A stretch of 64,000 nucleotides of DNA from Pristiophorus japonicus. Lineage: Eukaryota. The stretch covers positions 186,992,001 through 187,056,000 of the forward strand of contig NC_091989.1 of the NCBI RefSeq assembly GCF_044704955.1, given 5' to 3'. Numbering within the stretch: position 1 is the stretch's first letter; each line of letters starts with the position of its first letter. Below are positions 11,831-24,517 of this stretch, in pieces. The notes under the pieces are model-generated. The model saw nothing but the letters and a program-made list of their open reading frames with translations, did no database searches and was not told the origin of the DNA. A program made the position numbers and the translations under genes.

Positions 11831-11911
11831 GGTTATTGTACGGCTGTGTATCACTGTGCCTATACTGGGTGGCACAGTGTGAGAGGTGGGGGCTCCCTCC
11901 ATTCAAAAACC
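11831..11911 (+). other. IgW: DH1 segment (coding 11859-11872, CCTATACTGGGTGG) with 12/23 RSSs
   Basis: GGTTATTGT-12-CACTGTG (11831-11858); CACAGTG-23-TCAAAAACC (11873-11911). Confidence 0.93.
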
Positions 11912-12246
11912 TGCCACACCAAAGCTGCTTAAATTGGACTCTTCGGGCCATCTCACCAGCCTTTGCTTCATCACCCCTGGATAGAAAGCAGATCCCGATT
12001 AAACAGTCTGGCTGTGCAAGCAATTTTCTTTAAAGATATGACTTGAAAGGAAGGGGAAAGCAGCGAGTAACAGATGTGGGACCAAGAACACGGAAAGCTC
12101 CCTGTGGATTATAGCTCCATTTTACAAAGTCCTGGAAGCCCAGGTTTGACAGCTGCTGTGTGTGGAACACGGAGACAGACTGAGGGACCATAAAGCCAGC
12201 GGCAGGTTGGTGGGACATTGTGTTTGGGGCTGGATCTTCTGGCGGC

Positions 12247-12316
12247 GGTGTTTGAGCTGAGGTGAAGCACTGTGCTGGGTATACGGCCCACAGCAGCACA
12301 GAGCTTGACAAAAACT
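12247..12316 (+). other. IgW: DH2 segment (coding 12275-12288, CTGGGTATACGGCC) with 12/12 RSSs
   Basis: GGTGTTTGA-12-CACTGTG (12247-12274); CACAGCA-12-ACAAAAACT (12289-12316). Confidence 0.92.
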
Positions 12317-12651
12317 CCCCGCCACAAATAAGCGGCTGATTCACAGCCCGTGCCCACAGATTCCGCATTGTTGCCTCTCACACTCACATGGATCATCGCC
12401 CACTCGGACTGTGGGAGGGAAATGTGGATTTGTGGGGAATAAAAGGTGCTAAGGAGCGAGTGTGTTTCTCGGCGATGTGCAGGAGCTGCGAGCCACTGAC
12501 AGGGAAAGTGCAAAACTAGCTGAGTGATGAATACCCGGAGCAGGTTTAGGATGGACTGTCAGATCCAAATACAGGCGGCTGCTGCTCCCAGGATAAAAGC
12601 AGCTTTTTATTTTCACCACACCCTGAGATTGTGAGATATTTGTGCGGGTGA

Positions 12652-12690
12652 AGTTCCTACATTGCTGGGACCAGGAGACGGAGCACTGTG
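12652..12690 (+). other. JH 23-RSS with perfect heptamer and degenerate nonamer
   Basis: AGTTCCTAC (12652-12660) + 23 nt + CACTGTG (12684-12690). Confidence 0.7.
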
Positions 12691-12738
12691 ACTATCTTGA
12701 CTACTGGGGCACAGGAACCTCGCTGACAGTGACTTCGG
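12691..12738 (+). CDS. IgW: JH segment (YLDYWGTGTSLTVTS)
   Basis: WGxGT motif; phase-1 donor G|GTAAGA. Confidence 0.96.
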
Positions 12739-13429
12739 GTAAGACAAACTTCTCATTCCTTCCTAATCTGATATTGATTTTCTTAATTTGCGTTATTTAG
12801 CGAATTCGGTAATGCACGAATGTGTGAAATCGGTGAGATATTCAGAATAATTTCGCGACTCTATCCGAGACTGACTCCATTCTTTCGAGTTAAGAATACA
12901 CCCAGTAATTGTGGCTAACATCTGCTAACTGGATGGAGTGTTAAGGGTTAAGATTTAAGCCCACAGAATTGATTCCCGGAATCTAATAAATGAGGAGCTT
13001 ACTTGGGTTTACAGGATGTGTTCAGTCTGAGCTGCGGGATCCACATTCTAGTTTTGGGACACTTGCTCTGTGGGTGGAGATTTGATCATTTGGACGGTAG
13101 GACATTGCAGGCGCTTTAGGGGTTTGTTATAATTCGAGTTAAAACACAGTATCCAATTGTGTCGGGATTTAACAGTTGGAGTCACAGACTGTTGTTTAAG
13201 GTTACAGTTAAAATCGTTGAAGGAACAGCTTTTGGATGTAAAACAGAATAAGTTCCAGGTTCCACTGGATATTTCAGTGCTGATGGAGGGCAAATAGTTT
13301 GCACAGAATGAGAAACAGGGACTTGTGTTTATCAAACATGTCTCACACCAACAAGCGTTCAGCATTAACCAGCGAGCTGCCGGACCGATAGCAAACGGCT
13401 GCATGTGTAATAAGGTTGTGTCCTGTTGA

Positions 13430-13910
13430 TACTGTATTGTGGAGCAGTTCAGAGAAGGTTCACTCGGTTAATTCCTGAGATGAAGGGGTTGTCTAATGAA
13501 GAAAGGTTGAGCAGATTGGACCTATATATTGGAGTTCAGAAGAATGAGAGGTGATCTTATTGAAACATATAAGGTTCTGAGGAGGCTCGACAAGGTGGAT
13601 GCAGAGAGGATGTTTCCCCGTGTGGGGGAATCTAGAATAAGGGGCCGCCCATTTAAAACAGATGAGGAGGAATTTCTTCTCTGAGGGTCATGAATCTGGA
13701 ATTCTCTGCCCCAGAAAGCTGTGGAGGCTGGGTAACTGAATATATTTAAGGAGGAGGAAGATAGATTTTTAAGCAATAAGAGAATAAAGGGTTATTGGAA
13801 GCGGGCAGGGAAATGGAGCTGAGTCCATTGAACTTATTGAATGGCGGAGCAGGCTCGAGGGGCCGTATGGCTGACTCCTGCTCCTATTTCTTATGTTCTT
13901 ATGTTCTTAT
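13430..13910 (+). mobile_element. CR1 3' fragment
   Basis: LEFRRMRGDLIETYK-like coding; (TTCTTATG)n tail. Confidence 0.8.
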
Positions 13911-14349
13911 TGTGCCTGGACAGTAGCCGTTTAACTATCTGCGCTGTGCATGCTCCCAATTTAGTGTTTAATTCACCTCTCGTCTCTGAAACCTCAGCTT
14001 GAACTGAACCAATTCAAGGGTTGGGAACTGGAAGGACTTCTGTGCAGTCAAAATCGTTCCTTAGCAATAACAGCAATGGATCTGTTAATTGGCAGTCTAT
14101 TGGTATCAGATTTTTCTGTTCAGTTTGAATGATGTTCACAATTATTGGGTTAAAACATTGGAGGAGGGAATTTCACACACATGTATTAACTCATTGATGA
14201 CTAAATATGGCAGAGTGCCAGTGTAATGGGTGGAGTAAGATCTCCTCTTGCAGTGTGAGTGGAACAAGGTTTATCACTCGGGCGGTTCTGACCCACTCCT
14301 TTTAATGGAGGCAGTATCCCAAATTAAGGCAAGGCGTGTGGGAAATGAG

Positions 14350-15460
14350 ATGGTCTTATATAATTTATATTAACGGTTTAGACTTTGGAATCAAAAGCAC
14401 AATTTCTAAATTGGCGGCTGACACCAAACTTGGCGACCGTCAATACTGAGGAGGCCTGCAACAACTTACAGGAGGACATTAATAAACTTGCAGAATGGGC
14501 AAACTGGCAAATTAAGTTCACCGAGCACGTATTACATTTTGTTAGGGAGAAAGAAAGACTTGAATTTATATAGCGCCTTTCACGGCCACCAGACTTCTCA
14601 AAGCGTTTTACAGCCAATGAAGTACTTTTGAAGTGTAGTCACTGTTGTAATGTGGGAAACATGGCAGCCAATTTGTGCACAGCAAGCTCCCACACACAGC
14701 AACATGATAATGTCCAGATAATCTGTTTTTGTTATGTTGATTAAGGGATAGGGAGGTCACTTATTACTCGGAGGGTGTGAGTCTAGGTGGGGTAGAGGAA
14801 CAAAGGGATCTTGGAACAAATCATTAAAAATTGTGATGTTGGTTAGCCAGGCAAGCACTCGGGTTTATTTCTAGAGGTATCGAATTGAAGAATAGGGAAG
14901 TTATGCTAAACCTGTATCGAGCTTTGGTTAGACCACACTTGGAGTCCTGCGTAATGTTCTGGTCGCTATATTAGAGAAAGGAGACAGATTTACAGGGATG
15001 ATACCAGAAATGTGAGGGTATACATATCGGGAAAGGATGAACAGGCTGGGTCTCTTTTCTCTTGGAAAAAGAAGGCTGAGGGGTGACCTAATAGAGGTCT
15101 TTACAATTATGAAATGTTTTGATAGGGTGGATACAGAGAAGGTGTTTCCACTTGTGGGGAAGAGCATAACCAGAGGTCATCAATATAAGATAGTCACCAA
15201 GACATCCAATAAGGAATTCAGGAAAAACTTCTTTACCCAGAGAGTGGTGAGAATGTGGAACTCGCTGCCACAGGGAGTGATTGAAGTGAATAGTATCGAT
15301 GTATTTAAGGGGAGGCTGGACAAGCATATGGGGGAGAAGGGAATAGAGGGTTATGCTGATAGAGTTAGATGAGGAAAGACTGGGGGAGGCTCGAGTGGGG
15401 CATAAACAGCAGCATGGCCTGGTTGGGCCGAATGGCCTGTTTCTGTGCCGTATATCCGGT
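14350..15460 (+). mobile_element. Degraded CR1 with a minus-strand SINE tail inserted (~14545-14745)
   Basis: RRLRGDLIEVF...TRGHQYK...FFTQRVV; SINE tail AAAGAAAGACTTGAATTTATATAGCGCC. Confidence 0.75.
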
Positions 15461-15566
15461 GTAATCCGATGATCTGTTTGAGATGCAGCTTTATGGCCCA
15501 TTCGCGGTAAAGGGAGCTTCAATGGCCCTCCCTAACCCTGTCGGGGCAGAGCACAAAGTAGACTTT

Positions 15567-15925
15567 CATTACACCTGGTGTATCTATCTGGACTGGATTC
15601 TAACATGCACTGTACAGTGTGGAACTGTTATTACACCTGGTGTATCTATCTGGACCGGATTCTAACACACACTGTGTGGAACTGTTATTACACCTGGTGT
15701 ATCTATCTGGACTGGATTCTAACACACACTGTGTGGAACTGTTATTACACCTGGTGTATCTATCTGGACTGGATTCTAACATGCACTGTGCAGTGTGGTA
15801 CTGTTATTACACCTGGTGTATCTATCTGGACTGGATTCTAACATGCACTGCGCAGTGTGGTACTGTTATTACACCTGGTGTATCTATCTGGACTGGATTC
15901 TAACATGCACTGTGTGGTGTGGAAC
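15567..15925. repeat. ~57-62-bp minisatellite, ~6 copies
   Basis: TTACACCTGGTGTATCTATCTGGACTGGATTCTAAC repeated. Confidence 0.88.
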
Positions 15926-16459
15926 AACACACCTCACTGAGCACAAACACTTGGTCCAGTTAAACTAACTGCTTTGAAAACCCCTCGGCCTGTGCACTTC
16001 CAACACACACCCTTCTTTGCCAGAAAGGCTTTGAAAACTGGACAGCCAAACGTATCTTGTGCCCGGATGCTTTCGATGTTTTTTTTTGGTGTTTATTGTC
16101 TGAATTTGCTGACTGGGGATTGGCTACCCCTTCCTTTCTACACCCTTCTCCTTCACCTTGTTTATTGCCTCCTTTCATCCTCACCTTTCCTCCTTTGATT
16201 CTTTTCTTTGTTTTTGTTCTTTCTTTCTCCCCTCTTTATTTCTTGCCCTCTCTTGCTGTTCCCCTATCCTCCTTTGTCTCTGTCTCTCTCCCCTCTGTTT
16301 CCTACAAGTTAATAGAACAGTCCTCCAACCTATCAATCGGGGTGAAGATTGAATGAACAGTTCTGCAAAGATGTTGAACTCATCAGTTGAGCCCGAGCTT
16401 GTGTTCTGGGCTCGGTTAACGGAGAGGTAGAGTAGGAGGTCGCTAATGTACTGTAATCA

Positions 16460-19420
16460 TATCATAGAATCATAGAAATTTACAGCATGCAAGGAGGCCA
16501 TTCAGCCCAACGTGTCCGTGCTGGCCGACCAAGAGGCTACCCAGCCGAATCCCACTTTCCAGCTCTTGATCCGTAGCCCTGTAGGTTACGGCACATCCAA
16601 GTACTTTTTAAATGTGGTGAGGGTTTCTGCCTCTACTACCCTTTCAGGCAGTGAGTTCCAGAACCCCACCATCCCTCTAGACCTCCTACCTGGATGACGG
16701 CCTCCTCTTGTTTATCATTCCACAAAGCTGCAATTGCCTTTGGGTAGTATAGTAAATCGGGTGTGCTCCCTGGTTGTTGACCCCTCTGCTAAGGGAATAG
16801 GTCCTTACTATCCACTCTATCCAGGCCCCTCATAATTTTATACACCTCAATCAGGTCTCCCCTCAGCCACCTCTGTTCCAAAGAAAACAACCCCAGCCTA
16901 TCCAATCTTTCCTCATAGACAAAATTCTCCAACCCAGGCAACATCCTCATATATTGAATGGTGGTGCAGGCTCGAAGAGCCGAATGGCCTACAACTGCAC
17001 CTATTTTCTATGTATCTATGTATCTGTGTAAATCTCCTCTGTACCCTCTCCAGTGCATTCACATCTTTCCTGTAATGTGGTGACCAGAACTGCAGGCAGT
17101 ACTCCAGCTGTGGCCTAACTAGTGTTTTATACAGTTCAAGCATAACCCCTTGCTCTTATATTCTATGCCTCGGCCAATAAAGGCAAGCACTCCGTATGCC
17201 TTCTTAACCACCTTATCCACCTGCACTCCCAGGTCCCTTTGTTTCTCTACACTTTTCAGTGTCCTACCATTTATTGTGTATTCCCTTTCCTTGTTAGACC
17301 TCCCCAAATGCATTACCTCACATTTCATAAGAACATAAGAATTAGGAACAGGAGTAGGCCATCTAGCCCCTCGAGCCTGCTCCGCCATTCAAAAAGACCA
17401 TGGCTGATCTGGCCGTGGACTCAGCTCCACTTACCCGCCCGCTCCCCATAACCCTTAATTCCCTTATTGGTTAAAAATCTATCTATCTGTGATTTGAATA
17501 CATTCAATGAGTTAGCCTCAACTGCTTCCTTGGGCAGAGAATTACACAGATTCACAACCCTCTGGGAGAAGAAATTCCTTCTCAACTCGGTTTTAAATCG
17601 GCTCCCCCGTATTTTGAGGCTGTGCCCCCTAGTTCTAGTCTCCCTGACCAGTGGAAACAACCTCTCTGCCTCTATCTTGTCTATCCCTTTCATGATTTTA
17701 AATGTTTCTATAAGATCACCCCTCATCCTTCTGAACTCCAACGAGTAAAGACCCAGTCTACTCAATCTATCATCATAAGGTAACCCCCTCATCTCCGGAA
17801 TCAGCCTAGTGAATCATCTCTGTACCCCCTCTAAAGCTAGTATATCCTTCCTTAAGTAAGGTGACCAAAACTGAACGCAGTACTCCAGGTGCGGCCTCAC
17901 CAATACCCTATACAGTTGCAGCAGGACCTCCCTGCTTTTGTACTCCATCCCTCTCGCAATGAAGGCCAACATTCCATTCGCTTTCCTGATTACCTGCTGC
18001 ACCTGCAAACTAACTTTTTTGGATTCATGCACAAGGACCCCCAGGTCCCTCTGCACCGCAGCATGTTGTAATTTCTCCCCATTCAAATAATATTCCCTTT
18101 TACTGTTTTTTTTTCCTTGGTGGATGACCTCACATTTTCCGACATTGTATTCCATCTGCCAAACCTTAGCCCATTTGCTTAACCTATCTAAATCTCTTTG
18201 CAGCCTCTCTGTGTCCGCTACACAACCCGCTTTCCCACTAATCTTTGTATCATCTGCAAATTTTGTTACACTACACTCTGTCCCATCTTCCAGGTCATCT
18301 ATGTATATTGTAAACAGTTGTGGTCCCAGCACCGATCCCTGTGGCACACCACTAACCACCGATTTCCAACCCGAAAAGGACCCATTTATCCCGACTCTCT
18401 GCTTTCTGTTCGCCAGCCAATTCTCGATCCATGCTAATACATTTCCTCTGACTCCACGTACCTTTATCTTCTGCAGTAACCTTTTGTGTGGCACCTTATC
18501 GAATGCCTTTTGGAAAGCTAAATACACCACATCCATCGGTACACCTCTATCTATCATGCTCATTATATCCTCAAAGAATTCCAGTAAATTAGTTAAACGT
18601 GATTTCCCCTTCATGAATCCATGTTGCGTCTGCTTTGATTGCACTATTCCTATCTAGATGTCCCGCTATTTCTTCCTTAATGATAGTTTCAAGCATTTTC
18701 CCCACTACAGATGTTAAACTAACCGGTCTATAGTTACCTGCCTTTTGTCTGCCCCCTTTTTTAAACAGAGGCGTTATATTAGCTGCTTTCCAATCCGCTG
18801 GTACCTCCCCAGAGTCCAGAGAATTTTGGTAGATTATAACGAATGCATCTGCTATAACTTCCGCCATCTCTTTTAATACCCTGGGATGCATTTCATCAGG
18901 ACCAGGGGACTTGTCTACCTTGAGATCCATTAGCCTGTCCAGCACTACTCCACTAGTGATAGAGATTGTCTCAAGGTCCTCCCTTCCCACATTCCCGTGA
19001 CCAGCAATTTTTGGCATGGTTTTTGTGGCTTCCACTGTGAAGACCGAAGCAAAATAATTGTTTAAGATCTCAGCCATTTCCATATTTCCCATTATTAAAT
19101 CCCCCTTCTCATCTTCTAAAGGACTAACATTTACTTTAGTTACTCTTTTCCGTTTTATATATCGGTAAGAGCTTTGGTTTGTATTTCATTTGCCACAGTT
19201 CTGCCCACCTGACCAGTACATTGATATCTTCCTGCAGTCCGCAGCTTTCTTCTTCTTTATCAACCACACGGCCAATTTTAGTATCAAACTTCTTAATCAT
19301 ACCCCCAACATTTAAGCCTAGATCATTGATATATACCAGAAAAAGCAAGGGACCCAGTACTGAGCCCTGCGGAACCCCACTGGAAACATCCTTCCAGTCA
19401 CAAAAACACCCATCAACCTC
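16460..19420 (-). mobile_element. Older CR1 fragments with a nested CR1 subfamily B copy (~17326-19175, (TAAGAACA)n tail on +)
   Basis: Minus-strand RT ORFs 17421-19092 with FADD; flanking CR1 ORF pieces 16913-17388 and 19136-19477. Confidence 0.85.
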
Positions 19421-19564
19421 ATATGGTAATGTAGTGTATGAGGCCCATCCGGTATAATGAACAGCCTCAGTCAGCATTGCACGGATATTAAAAATATCTC
19501 GGGATTTATTGTTGGGATTAAGGACACTTCAGTTTGTTTTCCTTAGGGAAGAAGCAGTTTTTAA

Positions 19565-19733
19565 AATTCAAAAGGGAGTTAGATGTGGCCCTTACGGCTA
19601 AAGGGATCAAGGGGTATGGAGAGAAAGCAGGAATGGGGTACTGAGGGAATGATCAGCCATGATCTTATTGAATGGTGGTGCAGGCTCGAAGGGCCGAATG
19701 GCCTACTCCTGCACCTATTTTCTATGTTTCTAT
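19565..19733 (+). mobile_element. CR1 3' end
   Basis: KRELDVALTAKGIKGYGEKAG followed by TATGTTTC tail. Confidence 0.8.
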
Positions 19734-20149
19734 GAATTGAGAAAGCAGGTGAAGTGTATAAGGGAGCAACAGGCCAGTCAGCCTGACTTCAGTGGGGAGA
19801 CTTTTGGAGACAATATTGGGGTAAATAAGGAAAGGTTTTACACAGCGAGTTGTTATGATCTGGAACGCAATGTGTGAAAGGGCGGTGGGAGCAGGTTCCA
19901 CAGTATCTTTTAAATGAGAATTGGATAAATACTTCATGTGAAAACCTTTTACAAGGTTATGGGGAACAAGCAGGGGACTGGGATTAATTCGTGAGCTCGA
20001 CCAGGCGTGGCTGGCTGACCGGTCTCCTCCTCTGTCTCATTCCACAAAGCTGTAATTGCCTTTGGGTGGTATAGTAAATCGGTTAATGGCAAATCAGCAG
20101 CTGGTATCACACTCCGTCTGAGTTAGCATTCCATTGACATCAGTGTAAA

Positions 20150-20732
20150 GTAAGGCTCCCTCTACATGGCCCACCAAACACACCCAGGGCAGGTACAGCA
20201 CGGGGTTAGATACAGAGTAAAGCTCCCTCTACACTGTCCCACCAAACACACCCAGGGCAGGTACAGCACGGGGTTAGATACAGAGTAAAACTCCCTCTAC
20301 ACTGTCCCATCAAACACTCCCAGGGCAGGTACAGGGGGTTAGATACAGAGTAAAGCTCCCTCTACACTGTCCCACCAAACACACCCAGGGCAGGTACAGC
20401 ACGGGGTTAGATACAGAGTAAAGCTCCCTCTACACTGTCCCATCACACACTCCCAGGGCAGGTACAGCACGGGGTTAGATACAGAGTAAAGCTCCCTCTA
20501 CACTGTCCCATCACACACTCCCAGGGCAGGTACAGCATGGGGTTAGATACAGAGTAAAGCTCCCTCTACACGGCCCATCAAACACTCCCAGGGCAGGTAC
20601 AGCACGGGGTTAGATACAGAGTAAAGTTCCCTCTACACTGTCATATCACACACTCCCAGGGCAGGTACAGGGGGTTAGATACAGAGTAAAGCTCCCTCTA
20701 CACTGTCCCACCAAACACTCCCAGGGCAGGTA
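20150..20732. repeat. ~68-bp minisatellite, ~8.5 copies
   Basis: GAGTAAAGCTCCCTCTACACTGTCCC...CAGGGCAGGTACAGCACGGGGTTAGATACA. Confidence 0.9.
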
Positions 20733-21105
20733 CTTTGGAATACCTGTTCTTTAGGTATGAAAGCAAACTGCAGCAGTTTAGTTTCATTTAAAAAGTGCAA
20801 AACAAATCAACAAGAAGGTGGGAACGCTCTGGGGCCCTCATTGTGGGAGACGGCAGAGCAGTTATTGTCCCATGACAGAAACACATGATTTGCCATTCTT
20901 CAATATTCTGTGAGGCTCAGGGACTGAATACGTTTTTGCTTCAATGTGAAGTCAGTGACCAGTCCGGTTAGATTCTGAACAAAATCACTTTATATTTCCC
21001 ATGTGTTCTCGAGCTGTACTGTTCCAGTGAAGCACTCGATCTTAGTGCTGTGCCAATTCCATGTCATCATTTATCCCCTAACTGGGTTAGATTTCACAGG
21101 TTCCA

Positions 21106-21566
21106 GTGTCAGCTGTGGCTCAGTGGGCAGCACACTCGCCTCGGAGTCAGGAGGTTGTGGGTTCAAATCCCACTCCAGGGACTTGAACATTTAAATCCAG
21201 CCTGACACTCCAGTGCTGCACTGTTGGAGGGGCAGCACTGAGGGAGTGCTGCACTGTTGGAGGGGCAGTACTGTCGGAGCGCTGCACTGTCGGAGTGCTG
21301 CACTGTCGGAGGGGCAGTACTGAGGGAGCACTGAGCAATGAGATGTTAAACTGAGGCCCCGCCTGCTCTCTCAGGTGGATGTAAAAGATCCAATGGCTCT
21401 ATTTTGAATAAGAGCAGGTGGGGCTATCCCTGGTGTCCTGGGCCAATATTGATTCCTTAATTACAACAGTGACTACACTTCATAAAGTACTTAATTGGCT
21501 GTAAAGCACTTTGAGACATCTGGTGGTTGTGAAAGGTGCTTTATAAATGCAAGTATTTCTTTTTTT
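21106..21566 (+). mobile_element. tRNA-derived SINE (DeuSINE/SacSINE1-like)
   Basis: A box TGGCTCAGTGG, B box GGTTCAAATCC, central GATGTTAAACTGAGGCCCC core, tail ATAAATGCAAGT-(T)n. Confidence 0.75.
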
Positions 21567-21604
21567 TAACCAAGCTTGATCGTCATGCATTAGAAGTGGT
21601 TGTG

Positions 21605-22437
21605 AAAGGAAGAACTTGCATTTATATAGTGCCTTTGATGATCTCAGGATGTCCCTGAGCGCTTTACAGCCGCTGAAGTACTTTTGAAGTGTAACATAAT
21701 GAGAGCGAGTTTGTGCACAGCAAGCTCCCACACAAAACAAGCTGGTAATGACCAGATCATCTGTTTTTGTGATCTTCAGGGATAAGTATTGGCCCAGGAC
21801 CTCAGGAAATCAGCTTAACCATTCACCTGAAAGACGGCACCTCCAACAGTGCGGCGCTCCCTCAGTACTGCCCCTCCGACAGTGCAGCACTCCCTCAGTA
21901 CTGCCCCTCCGACAGTGTGGCGCTCCCTCAGTACTGCCCCTCCGACAGTGCAGCACTCCCTCAGTACTGCCCCTCCGACAGTGCGGCGCTCCCTCAGTAC
22001 TGCCCCTCCGACAGTGCAGCACTCCCTCAGTACTGCCCCTCCGACAGTGCGACGCTCCCTCAGTACTGCCCCTTCAACAGTGCGGCACTCCCTCAGTACT
22101 GCTCCTCCGACAGTGCGGCGCTCCCTCAGCACTGCCCCTCCGACAGTGCGGCGCTCTCTCAGTACAGCCCCTCCGACAGTGCGGTGCTCCCTCAGTACTG
22201 CCCCTTCAACAGTGCGGCACTCCCTCAGTACTGCTCCTCCGACAGTGCGGCACTCCCTCAGTACTGCCCCTCCGACAGTGCAGCACTCCCTCAGCACTGC
22301 CCCTCCGACAGTGCAGCACTCCCTCAGCACTGCACTGGGAGTGTCGGCCTAGATTTATGTGCTCAAGTCTCCGGAGCGGGACTTGAACCCATGCCCACGT
22401 GAGTCCGAGGCGAGAGTGCTGCCCACTGAGCCACTGC
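21605..22437 (-). mobile_element. Same SINE family, with ~15 copies of an internal 33-bp unit (21838-22332)
   Basis: Reverse tail ACTTGCATTTATATAG; reverse A/B boxes near 22380-22435; unit CCCTCAGTACTGCCCCTCCGACAGTGCGGCGCT. Confidence 0.8.
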
Positions 22438-22729
22438 CAATGGGCGGCTATTGTCCATCTGTCCCCAAAGACAACATTATACTGGCATTGGAGGCAGTTC
22501 AGAGAAGTTCACCAGGTTGATTCCTGAGATGAAGGGGTTGACTTATGAGGAAAGGCTGAGTAAGTTGGAGTTTAGAAGACAGAGAGGTGACCTTATTGAG
22601 ACATATAAGATTCTGAAGGGGCTCGACAAGGTAGACACGGAGAGGATATTTCCCCTCGTGGGGGAATCTACAACTAGGGGAATAGTTTCAGAGTAAGGAG
22701 TTGCCCATTTAAAACTGAGATGAGAAGGA

Positions 22730-23138
22730 CCCCCACCGATCCCGCTCTGACCCCCACCGACCCGCTCTGACCCGCACCGACCCCGTTCTGACCCACACTG
22801 ACCCCCACCCACCCCGCTCTGACCCCCACCGACACCGCTCTGACCTCCACCGACCCCGCTCTGACCCCCACCGACCCCAATCTGACCTCCACCGACCCCG
22901 CTCTGACCCCCACCGACCCCACTCTGACCTCCACCGACCCCGCTCTGACCCCCACCGACCCCGCTCTGACCCCCACCGACCCCGCTCTGACCCCCACCGA
23001 CCCCGCTCTGACCCCCACCGACCCGCTCTGACCCGCTCTGACCCCCACCGACCCGCTCTGACCCGGCTCTGACCCGCTCTGACCCGCTCTGACCCCCACC
23101 GACCCGCTCTGACCCGGCTCTGACCCGCTCTGACCCCC
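22730..23138. repeat. ~21-bp C-rich minisatellite
   Basis: GACCCCCACCGACCCCGCTCT repeats. Confidence 0.88.
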
Positions 23139-23339
23139 CGGTCCCAGGGTGGAAGATGACCGACTGATATCGCCGTGCCGCCCGCTCTGGAAATGTTCAG
23201 CAGCTCCGGCCGCGGCTGGGGTCAGAGAAACGTTTCCGGTCCGTGACCTTTCATCACAACTTTGTTTTCAAATTCAGATCTCCAGGTTTTTATTTTGTTT
23301 TCCTGTTTTTAAAAAAGACTCGCCTTTGTACAGCGCCCT

Positions 23340-23895
23340 TCACAGTCGCAGGGTGACCCCGGGGGGTGTACCCGGGGGCTTCACAGTCGCAGGGAGTCCC
23401 CAGGGGGTGTCCCCAGGGGGGTGTCCCCGGGTGGCTTCACAGTCGCAGGGTGTCCCCGGGGGGTGTCCCCGGGGGGGTGTCCCCGGGGGGCTTCACAGTC
23501 GCAGGGTGTCCCGGGGAGGTGTCCCCGGGGGGGTGTCCCCAGGGGGGCTTCACGGTCTCAGAGGGGGTGTCCCAGAGGGGGTGTCCCCGGGGGGGTGTCC
23601 CCGGTCGCAGGGTGTCCTCGATCGCAGGGTGTCCCCGGGGGGTGTCCCGGGGGGGTGTCCCGGGGGGTGTCCCAGGGGGTGTCCCCAGGGGGGTGTCCCC
23701 GGGGGGGTGTCCCAGGGAGGTGTCCCCAGGGAGGTGTCCCCAGTCGCAGGGTGTCCCCGGTCGCAGGGTGTCCCCGGGGGGTGTCCCCGGGGGGCTTCAG
23801 ATTCGCAGGGTGTCCCCAAGGGGTGTCCCCTTGAGGGCTTCACGGTCCCAGAGGGGGTGTCCCCGGGGGGCTTCACAGTCGCAGGGTGTCCCAGA
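23340..23895. repeat. GC-rich GGGGTGTCCCC-type tandem repeat inside a SINE tail
   Basis: Repeated GGGGGTGTCCCCGG and CTTCACAGTCGCAGGGTG; SINE tail resumes at 23904. Confidence 0.8.
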
Positions 23896-24517
23896 GGACT
23901 ACGCAGCCAATGAAGTACTTTTGGAGTGTGGTCACAGATTGTCGGGTCATTATCACATTGCTGTGTGTGGGAGCTTGCTGTGCACAAGTTGGCTGTCGCA
24001 TTTCCCACATTACAACAGTGACCACACTCCAAAAGTACTTCATTGGCTGTAAAGTGCTTTGGGATGTCCGGTGGTTGTGAAAGGCACTATATAAATGCGT
24101 CTTTCTTTCATTCTTGCTCTCTCTCCTTTCTCTCTCTCTGTTACTCTCACCCTCTCTATCCTGCACAACCTCCACACACACACACACTTGTTCCTTAGTT
24201 TTTAGCAATTTCTTTCCCCCCGTCAAATTCTGGGGAATGGAATCACCTGTGATAACGTGTCCGTTTACATCAATCTCTGCCCAGTCCGATCCTTGCCCTA
24301 TTCCTGAGAGTTCATTAATCACCGCCATTAATTGCCTTTTACTGCAATCGCTGTATCATCAAGGGCTTAGATTTTCTTTTTAATTTTTCAGGCCAGTGTG
24401 GCTGGCATTTATTGCCCATCCCTAGTTGCCCTGGGGGTGTGTGTGACTGGAGTCACATGTAGGCCCAGACCGGGGAGGGGGCGGCAGGTTCACTTCCCTG
24501 AAGAACGTTAATGAATC

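Noticed and set aside
12317-12651. Third D segment between D2 and J
   Set aside because: No paired heptamer-spacer-nonamer sets found
12786-12793. ATTTGCGT near-octamer as an intronic enhancer downstream of J
   Set aside because: A single mismatched motif with no clear E-box cluster; insufficient evidence
21106-21180. tRNA-like sequence with A and B boxes
   Set aside because: Head of a SINE that continues into SINE core and tail; not a tRNA gene
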